A stretch of DNA of 64,000 nt. It comes from Trichodelitschia bisporula (Eukaryota). Every line of letters begins with the position of its first letter. The first letter of the stretch is position 1. A program made the position numbers and the translations under genes. The stretch spans positions 188,364-252,363 of the forward strand of contig ML996696.1 of assembly GCA_010356995.1 (NCBI GenBank), given 5' to 3'. A model generated the notes under the pieces. The model searched no databases. It was not told where the DNA came from and was given only the letters and a program-made list of their open reading frames with translations. This document shows, one piece after another, positions 12,508-21,688 of the stretch.

Positions 12508-12692
12508 GGAGTAGAAGAGGGTTGAAGTTGAAACGTCCGAATATATTGGTTCCACTCTGGCGAGATTCACATCATCACCAAAAGCTCAAGCAGACATGCA
12601 ACATCATTCGCACATTGGTATCAGCAATACATCCCGAACTCCCTCTCCAACCATCAAACGCCAGCCTGAACACCGGCCTGAATAGCAAAAGA

Positions 12693-15600
12693 CTAAACAC
12701 CCGCCTTCCCGACATCTCCTCTCCGCACCCTGAGTCCAAGGCCCGCAGCCTCCCGCCTTGACCCAGGAGCTACAGCCTCCCGCCTTGACCCAGGAGCTAC
12801 AGCCTCCCGCCTTGACCCAGGAGCTACAGTCTCCCTCCTCGACCCAGGAGCCACACTGTCTCTCTTCTCTCTGGGAGTCGTATTCTCCCTCCGCACACCC
12901 GAAGGAGTAGTCACAGCCTCTTTCCTCCCCAGTCCAGCCGCCTCAACCGTCTGCGCTGCCTTCTTCGCCGCCCGCATCTGGCGCAACTTCGCCTGCAGCG
13001 CCTCAGCAAGCTTGCGCTTCTCCGCCCAAGCCTGCCCGTAGCGCCGCGCGCGCGCAATGAAGATAACCGCGTTTGCGACGACGCGAAGCGAGCGCTTGCG
13101 CGGCTTGGTCGGAATGTCGGGCTTAATCCCCATCTCCTCAATAAGCTTAAGGTCCATTTTGTTGCTGCTCCCGTTAGCTTCGTCCCATCCACCAGAGAAG
13201 GAGGGAAATCAACATACCAAGCATCATACATCTCAATGCGCATCAAGAAGTATCCCTTCTGCCACGCCAAATCCTCCTTCTTCCGCTCCTCCCGCTCAAC
13301 ACGCCCCTTCAAATACTCAATCTGCTTCGCCAGTCCCCGTATCTCCTTAACGTGCCGCTTCTCCACATCCATCATCTCCCCGCGCAACTTGCCCGCCTCT
13401 TCGCGCGCCGCTTGCGCCCGCGCGTTCAGAGTCACTGTGACTTCGGACTCGCTGGCCCGCGCCTCGCGCTCCTTCTCCCGTAGCGCTTTGCGCGCGGCCC
13501 TCAATTGCAGCGCGTATTCCTCCGCCTTGCTCATCTGCGCCTCGGCCCGCGCCTTCAGCGCCTCCACCTCCGCCAGCAACGCAGCCTTCTCACGCGCCGC
13601 CTTCGTCACGCGCGCGGTTACTTGGGCAAGCTGCGCCTCGCGCTCAGCCGCCAGCCCATCCCGATCCACGACCTCAGCCCGCAGCGCCGCAACCGAAGCC
13701 GTAGCCTTCTGAAGCTGGCGCGCGAGCTCATCGCGACGGGCATCCGTCTCCGCGGAATCAAGTGCGGTGGATTGTGCGTCGGTGAGGCTGCGGCGCAGTT
13801 TATCGATCGATGCTTGCAGGGCAAAGCGCTCCTGGTCCGCGACATCGCGGTCGCGCTCCAGGGCCTCAATCTGCGCCAACAGCTTGCCCTTGTCGCGGAG
13901 CGCAGCACGTAGGTCCTTCTCCAAGGGCTCGATCTTAGACTGCAACTCGTACGAGCCGGTGATTTCGCGCTCCAGCGTGCGGACCTTGCTCGCCAGGGCC
14001 TCCTTCTCGCGCTCGATGGTATCTTCACGTAGTTCCAGGACCTGGATCTCGTCATTCAGGTCTTGCTTCGTCTCAGCGAGTTCCGCACGCAGCGCCCCGA
14101 GGGCGCTCAGACGCTCGTCGGCCGTGGCTTGCAGAGCGTCGAGTTCGCGTTCGCGGCGCGCGACTGTTTCGCGAAGCGTCTCGAGGTCGGTTTCGCGGTG
14201 CCGCATGATGGAATGCAGGCCCTCGAGCTCTGAGTCCGGCTGGTCGGCCGCGCGGCGCAGGATGTCGAGCTCGACGTCGCGGTCCTCGAGCGAGCGGCGT
14301 AGGCTGGTGATTTCCCGGTCGCGGTCGGCGGTCGCGGTTTGCAGTGTTGCGATCTGTGCGGATGTGGCGTCGTATTCGCGCTGCTTGTCTGCGAGGGTGG
14401 CGCGTACTTGCTTGAGCTCGCGGAGGAGCACGCTCTGCGACTCCGATGCCTCTTGGAGGGTGGCGATCTTGCGGTCACGTTCGGCGATGTTGGCGCGGAG
14501 GGCTTCGAGCTCGTGGGAAATGGTGTTGCGGTCCTGGGTCGCGTCGCGCAGAATGCGGATCTCGCGGTCCTTGTCGGCGACTGTCTCACGCAGTCTCTCG
14601 GCCTCCTGAGAGACGGCACCACGGTCCTGCGCAGCGGCTCGCAGAGTACGAATCTCGCGCTCCTTGTCAGCAACCGTGTCGCGCAGTTCCTCCGCCTCCT
14701 GGGAGAGAGCATCGCAGTCCTTAGCAGCGGCTCGCAGAGTGCGAATCTCGCGCTCCTTGTCAGCAACCGTCTCGCGCAGCTTCTCCGCCTCCTGGGAGAT
14801 AGCACCACGGTCTTGGGTTGCCGCACGCAGAGACCGGATTTCCCGATCCTTGTCGGCTACGGCGTCGCGCAGCTCCTTGATCAACTCCTCGCGGCGTACC
14901 TCATCGGCGTGGCGGCGCTTGACGTCGTCAGCATAGTCGTGCAGCTGCTTCTGGCACGTCTCCAGCTCGTCCTGCATGCCGTCAAAGGTAAGGATTTGAG
15001 TACGCAGGCTTTCAAGCTCGGAGTCCTTTTCGCGAGTTATGTTCTTGAGTTGCTCGCGCGCGTCCTTGGCCGCTTGCTCGGCGATTTGCGTCTGATTGTC
15101 GCCCTTGGATTCCATGAGCTTGACGCGGAGTTCGAGCGACTTGATCTCTTCATTCTTCTCCTTTTCGGTCGCCTCGAGCTTGCGCTTCGTAGCGTCGAGT
15201 TCGGCGTTCTTTTCGCGGGTGTACGTTTGCAGCCGGGCCTCGAACTCGCGCAGCTGGTCGCGCTTGGCCTTCTCCGCCATCTCGAGTTGCTTCTCCATAT
15301 CTTCGATAGCAGCCTCGCGCTCGCGCTCCGCTTCGTCGAGCTGTTCGCGCAGGTCTTCATGGTCGTCGTTTTGCTCCCTGAATTTGCGGATCTGGTCCTG
15401 CAACTCTTCTATTTGTTCAGCCTGCTCATCGATTTTGCGATCCTTCTCGTCGAGTTCGCCGTCCAGGTCATTATTGGCTTCGCGGAGTTTGAGACGTAAA
15501 TTCTCCACTTCATTGTCTTTTTCGTCCAAGAGCTGGTCCTTGTCCTTGAGTTGTGCTTCAAGCTCCTCGAGCTCATCCTGCAGCTTTTCCACCTCTTCAG

Positions 15601-16459
15601 AGGACGTCGACTTCTCCAACCGAGAACGCATTTGCGCAACCTGGCCCTCGCGTTCCTCCGCAAGCTTCTGCAGCCGCTCAAATTCCTCCTTCATGCTCTG
15701 GTCCATGTGTTTCTGCCGCATCTTGGCTGCGTATTCCTGCAGCTCCTGGCGGTATTTTTCGAGCTCGCGCTCTGCAGTCTGAAGGTGCTTCTGGTGCTTT
15801 CGGAGCTGAATCTCAAGATGTGCAGACTTTGCACGCAGGTCCGAGTTCTCCTTGATAGCCTGCTGGTTGAATTCCGGCCCGACCTTGGCAAGATTCTGTT
15901 CCAAAAAGTGAATCTTTAGCTTGAGCCCAAAATTCTCGTTGTCGATCTGCTTGATCTTCTCCTCCTGCTCCCGCAGCGTAAGCATGTTGCCTCCATCGCC
16001 GAGATCCATCTCCCCGCCGCGCGGCATAGTCGGCAGCGGTGTGCCTTCGATACTACTATTCTCCACGGGCACAATTGGGGTGGCATCGTCGTCGAGAGCG
16101 CTGGAGTCTTGGAAGACACTTGACTCAGCGTTAACGGGTGTGGGAAAGTGGAATCCAGGCTTCATAGCAGCAGGCGTAGCGAGAGCGCCATTCTTGCCGC
16201 CCAAGGGCCTTTGGCGGAGAGCATTACGCGTCGCGCTCTTAAGCAGCGGCGTGAATTCCTCGCGGGCAGCAGGCTGGCGACGTCCAACAATCCCACGGGC
16301 AGCCGGTGTAGCAAAGTTGTTCCCGTGGGGCCGCTTGAACAGATCGTCGGCGCCGGTGGGTTCGTGGAAGGAGTCGAGGACGGAGAGGGAGGGGTCGCCG
16401 ATGGTCATGCGCGTGCGGTCGTGGGCCTCCGTGCGGGGGGTGTCGATGTAGTGGGCCAT
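12693..16459 (-). CDS. pcp1: Spindle pole body pericentrin-like protein (Pcp1/Spc110; centrosomin CM1 plus PACT)
   Basis: CM1 motif LTLREQEEKIKQIDNENFGLKLKIHFLE, long coiled coil, PACT region DLAWQKGYF...SLRVVANAVIFIARARR; intron 13165-13217. Confidence 0.88.
12748..12855 (-). repeat. 27-bp coding tandem repeat x4 (VAPGSRRE[A/T])
   Basis: GCCTCCCGCCTTGACCCAGGAGCTACA three exact copies plus one variant in the Pcp1 tail. Confidence 0.95.
14500..14880 (-). repeat. 93-bp (31-aa) coding tandem repeat, about 4 copies, in the Pcp1 coiled coil
   Basis: LR(D/E)(A/T)VADK(D/E)REIR(S/T)LRAA.QDRGA.SQEAE. repeated with 31-aa period. Confidence 0.9.
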
Positions 16460-16980
16460 GGTTGCGGCCAGAGGGTGGATGTGTGCTAGGTTAGCTGGGG
16501 GACATGAATATCGCGGATGGGTGGATGATGTGGGTCGTGGTGGTGTTTGTTTACGCTGGTGTAAACAGTGCCCTTGGCGGCTTGGCGGCGCGACATGTGG
16601 TCCTGCGCCACTGTCCATGCGCCATGCGAAGAAAGTCATGGCCGCGCTGTTGGCGAGGTATTGCGGGTGCAAGCGGCATTGACTTTCTTGACAGTCCTTA
16701 GCCTCGTATTTGCTCCAGACCGCAGCCGGGAACGACCTGGAGGTGAATTCTCACAGGCCAGACATCACAGAGTCAGCCCGTTCGCACACCGGGATCGGGC
16801 AGGTACTCGGCTCAGCCCCAAGTGCAGGCCGATGGGCTCGCCTGATCGCGATTGAGAATGTATAACCAATTTTCAATTGGGGTATTCTATTCCCCAGATG
16901 TGAAACCAACATAGTCATAAACAGTCGTAATTCGTCTCTCATCTCTCATCTCTCATCGCCATAACATCTTGTGCAACCCC

Positions 16981-18114
16981 TCACTCAGGACTGTACCGCC
17001 CAAGATATACCCGCTCAATATCCTCCACCCCTCGACCAGCCCTCGGCCGCCCAAACACATCCCGCAAGTCAACCTCATCCGCCTCATCCGCCTCATCAAC
17101 CGGCAGCGACTTCTTCCGCTCATCACTCGACAGCGCAACCTCCGTCTCCGAGCTCCCTGTCACCGACACCAGGGGACTAGGCTGCGTCGAAGCCGTCGCC
17201 ACAGCCGCACGAGTAATAAAGTCACGCTCCAGGCCCGTCTTCGGCGGCGGGAAAACCGGCGGTGCTGGCGTCTTCTCATCCACCGCCAGTATGGCAAGGT
17301 TACGGCCGAACTTAGACGACTTGACGAGTGACTGAAGCTGGTTGAGCACGATGAACTCGAGCTTGAGCTTGACGCTGTAGACGAATGGGTGTAGGGTGCA
17401 CTTGAGCGTGAACTTGTCCGTGTAATCCCAGACCGTGAGCATGGCGTCGAGCGCGATGACGAGGACCTGGACTAGCACGAGGAGGCCGATGATTTTGCGG
17501 GTGCGCATTGCGTAGCCGTTATTTAGGAAGCGGAAGGTGTGGTAGATGTAGAGCGAGGAGATGATGGTTTCTTGACATGTGAAGACGGTTTGCTGGATCC
17601 GCTCCATGATTTGCATGGGGTGGTAGAAGAGCGCGTGGTGCCGCGAGTTGAGGCCGAACTCGAAGACGACGACAGGCGTGTGGCAGAGCACGCCGTTGAT
17701 GAGGATCATGATAAGAACGTATTTGAGGATCCGCGAGTGGTGCACGATGAGGTGGAGGCGTGACCAGAGGACGATGGAGAAGCCCGTGACGTTGGATACC
17801 CAGCCCACCTTGCAGATGATGACCACCAGGGTCGTAGGCGCGTCATTCTTGAACCCCTTGAGGATGTAACCCGTCGTCTGCAGGATGATTCCCAGGGTGG
17901 TGATGATGATTGACCAGAAGTAGATGCCAGTGCGGCGCTTGAATGTAACGTAGACCAGCACCAACAGTTCGAGGCTCATCCAGTAGGCAATGGCGCAGAA
18001 TGCAGCAATGATACAGAAAGCTGTAGGGCTGACGGGCGTTAGTTCGAACACGGGTGGTGTGGTGCTAAACTCACTTCCATGGTAGCCATCCCTTCCGAGC
18101 GAAGGTCCAGTCAT
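16981..18114 (-). CDS. Fungal multi-pass (about 7-TM) integral membrane protein of unknown function
   Basis: Intronless 377-aa ORF; VTFKRRTGIYFWS, GFSIVLWSRLHL, MERIQQTVFTCQETIISSLY and YSVKLKLEFIVLNQL motifs of a common fungal membrane family. Confidence 0.85.
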   Translation of the reverse strand: MTGPSLGRDGYHGSEFSTTPPVFELTPVSPTAFCIIAAFCAIAYWMSLELLVLVYVTFKRRTGIYFWSIIITTLGIILQTTGYILKGFKNDAPTTLVVIICKVGWVSNVTGFSIVLWSRLHLIVHHSRILKYVLIMILINGVLCHTPVVVFEFGLNSRHHALFYHPMQIMERIQQTVFTCQETIISSLYIYHTFRFLNNGYAMRTRKIIGLLVLVQVLVIALDAMLTVWDYTDKFTLKCTLHPFVYSVKLKLEFIVLNQLQSLVKSSKFGRNLAILAVDEKTPAPPVFPPPKTGLERDFITRAAVATASTQPSPLVSVTGSSETEVALSSDERKKSLPVDEADEADEVDLRDVFGRPRAGRGVEDIERVYLGRYSPE

Positions 18115-18384
18115 AGTGGCTAAAGGGGACGAATTTGACGCAGTCAGAATCCATGGCGACTTTGCAGGTAGAAAAACTGCTAATTCTTCAATGAGACTGA
18201 GATGCAGAAATCGGTGGCACGGAGCCCGAGTTCATATAGCTTCTATCTCTCACCATGGAGCACCTCGGGGGCAGTCGTATTCCTATTTTAGTGTCAACTC
18301 TCAGCTCGACAGACGCGTCCAGCATCGGCATCGAATGCAATCCAAAACGGCAAAGACGAACAACTCTCATATTTCGGAATCATA

Positions 18385-20870
18385 GAACCATTCCCTCGTT
18401 TCTCCGCTCTTTGCGTTTTCGACAGCATCCAGAGCGGAGAAGCAACATATCGATGCATCGCCAAGTAGCTGAGTCAACCAGTCCTGTACAACTCGGCCAG
18501 GGCCGCTTCATGCATGTTGATGACAATGCTCTCAAGGCTTCGTGGAGTGCTTGCCATTGGGTTTCTATACAAGCACGGAATTGGCAGCGAGCAAAGGAAT
18601 GGAGAACTGGTTGGCGCAACTTGGACGTCGGATCCAGCCCTACGGGACATGGCCGTTGCTCGCCAGCCTCTGTCCCCGAGAAGTTGGGGAAGCACCGCGA
18701 TTATCAATCAGTAGGTAGCTGCACAACGTTTGCTCTGCATGGACCCAAACTCGCCGTTGTGAAGGGAAATCAACGTCGAGGAACCGCGACGAAACTCGTG
18801 AGAATACGGTGTTCATCACGCTACACGTGATTGCCCTAGCTCGCTGCACTGCAGTCGAAGCACGAGGATGCATTGACATGAGGCCATGACATCTCAAAAC
18901 CTAAGTTTATCTCCATCTCCCATTTTTCAATACTTCAGTCAGTAGAAGCTGAGATCAGTCATCCTCTCTGTTCTATCACTCGATCTCGACCACCAAGGGT
19001 CCAACTCCTCCCCTCCTTCCCTGCCTACTTTTCAACCACCACTTCAAACAATATCACGACCGGAGACCAACCACTCCGCGCTGCAAGCCACAGCGAATCT
19101 CTGCATCTGCACGTCTCGAACCAGCTTCACAGCCCTGAGGAAAGATAGCCAGGCGGAAGATATTCAATACTCTTCCTGTACAGACGGAACTTCCCGCTGA
19201 ATGCATGATGCAGCCGAAAGGCCTCAGGCTCGCCCACCTTCCCCTCGGCAGAGGGAACATCCATGTCCTCGAAGCATCACAAGGAGCTAACACTTTCACA
19301 GCTGCAAGCGACACCAAAAATCTGCACCGAGGGACGCGTTTGCAGTAGGTTTGGCGAATGGGGTTTGCTTTGTCGCCGGACTATCAGAGTCGGCTAACTC
19401 AGTATCCCCTCTCAGCCCCCGCATTCCAGAAGGATTATGGAGCCCAGTCGAGCCCGCCATTGGCACTGCAGGCCACCCGCTTCAACTTGGCCGCCTTCTG
19501 TTTCTCTGCTGGGCTCTCTCTGGACGACGGGAAGATCCTGCGAGAGTGCTGATCGCCTCATCGTTCCTGCCGAATGATCAGATGGGGATTCATCATTCCC
19601 ATAATATGCCAATCACCTCGTTGTCGACCGGTCCAAAATGGTCCAGATCCTCCAACTCACACCGGACCGGCTGAGGCTTGACAGCCCTAGGGATGAAGAT
19701 GCCTATGGGCGGTGACCAACCCCTTCCCGAATCAGCCAAGTGGCAGCCCTATTTCTTTTGTCATTCCCAGTTCCGCATATTCCGACAACCTGGATGAGTT
19801 GCATGCAAGGCGTTCTAACTTGATGTCCGCCACATATTTTGCGGCCTCTAGTAGGGCTCCGATGCAAGCCGCTCCAGACGGAGGCCTCGCCTCTCGTTAG
19901 GGTTTGATACGCAATCAATACCGCATCTCGGATCCTCTGTGGTCACAGACAAGGACTGCGCGGGACCCTAAGGAATAACCATTTTTGGATCCCCGAAACC
20001 TAGCTAAACAGTCTGTGGGAGCATCATATTTGCAGTCGAAGTGGTATCGATGTCTCTCAAATTATGTTTCAAGAGGCCGAACTGTCCCTATGTCCTTGGT
20101 CTGCCACCCGAGAACCGCTCACCCCACACAACATCAAGCAGCAGGTCGAGCAATTAAGCCAATAGTATCGTAGGTATGTTCATACGCTCCCTGAGGCTTC
20201 AACCTATCTAGGTTGTCGCCAGACCGTTAGAGCCCCGTCGAGAGCCGACGCTTAAATGGCGTGATGACATATAAGCAACGTTCTTTGTCATACATACCGT
20301 CGGAACTGGATCCGGCCTTGGGTGGCCAATGTACGACAGTATTTCTAGGCAAGCCGGTTCTGTTTCGCATCAGCAGTCCACTGGGTTCAGAAGCTCCTGT
20401 GGCAGGCCGTCGGGCGGTACAAGCTCTGAGAACTCTCCACTCTCCCTTATGCCCCGGAGCACGCACACGACTTGTTGCTTAGTCCGTTGCCCATATCATT
20501 TGGACCCCCAAATTTGATCATCTCTGGTACCAACTTTCAATCATGTTTGACCTTCGGGTGCTTCCTTCGGGAGCAATGATGAAATGGTTGATGTTGTAAA
20601 GTTTCATTCGTATGATCATGGGATGAATATAATTTCATTGGAACCAAGAGCCTCTAGCCTTGCAGTTTATGGCGCTCTCTTTCAAGTCATGACCTTCTAT
20701 ATCGGCTGCTGAGACGTTATGTGTGAAATGTTTGCTCTGCGTACAAGTCCATCGTCAATATGACCAGCCCCGATGCTGTCACTGCTGATAGACCCAGATT
20801 TCGGCCATTTTCTCAAACCTGAAGCCGGCTCTATTTTGTAGCCAAACTTGTCGAGAGATAGGGCAAGCCA
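18385..20870 (+). ncRNA. Candidate long structured ncRNA, possibly telomerase RNA
   Basis: No credible ORF; many nested helices; two C(UUCG)G loops at 20550-20574 and C(GAAA)G at 19213-19222; terminal helix closes at 20867 just before ATAAGT (20871). Ends approximate; template and pseudoknot not firmly identified. Confidence 0.4.
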
Positions 20871-21260
20871 ATAAGTTAGCATACGGATGGTGATTGCTTC
20901 GGATGTTCGTAGACTGCAAACACAAACATCTCAGCCGGTACGTAATGGCCAGCTGCATAAAGATCCCCCGAGCCCGTTCTGGTCTTGCTTTGCTACCGTT
21001 ATTGTTCTGTCTCATGGAAGTCGAGAGACGGCAATGAGCCATACTGGCGTGCAAGGTGTACAAACTACCCCGCTGTGAATGTCACCTGTAAACGGGCGCG
21101 GGTGTTTACACCACTACGTAGCCCATCAGTACCAGAGCTCACCATCCCGCTCATCCTTTGCACAATTCCGCGGGGCGCAAAACACATGAAAGTCGGACCT
21201 CAGCTTTTTGTAAGCACTTAATTATTGCAAATTCGGAATCCCTTCCATCAATCTCCAATA

Positions 21261-21358
21261 GGCGCAGTGCCAGAGTGGTTAATGGGTTAGACTTGAATTC
21301 CCTCGTGGATTGAGATCTAATGGCTTCGGCCTCGCAAGTTCGAATCTTGTCTGCGTCG
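21261..21358 (+). tRNA. tRNA-Ser(TGA) with 17-nt intron
   Basis: Acceptor GGCGCAG/CTGCGTC with G discriminator; D-loop AGTGGTTAA; anticodon stem TTAGA/TCTAA with CT-TGA-A; intron 21298-21314; long variable arm; T-loop GTTCGAATC. Confidence 0.95.
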
Positions 21359-21360
21359 AC

Positions 21361-21375
21361 TTCTTTTTTGTTTTT
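21361..21375 (+). terminator. Pol III oligo-T terminator of the tRNA
   Basis: TTCTTTTTTGTTTTT directly after the tRNA. Confidence 0.85.
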
Positions 21376-21688
21376 GTCCTGGATGTCGGCTCATGTGGAT
21401 GATGGTGCTGGGGTGTATCTTTTCACGGGCTGACCAGCCGTCGGTGAGAGCTCGGATGTGATATTTGGATCCCTTGTTCCGATTAAGTTGCTATGACGTC
21501 AGTTTGTTGAGGCCTTGCCGTTTTGAGACTTTATACACAACGTCAGTTCACCATGTTAGAGAAGAGGCCGTAAGGCAGTTTATGATGAATCGCATTCTCT
21601 CATAGTTCGTTCTTAAAAAAATGGGTATCACTTTTATCGCATGCCCATCTACAAGAACGCCTTCCAGCCTAACCGATAACGAGCCCAA

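Noticed and set aside
13057..16489. Long + strand ORFs (up to 386 aa) opposite Pcp1, and similar ones opposite SMC6 and HAUS1
   Set aside because: Antisense shadows of GC-rich coiled-coil coding sequence.
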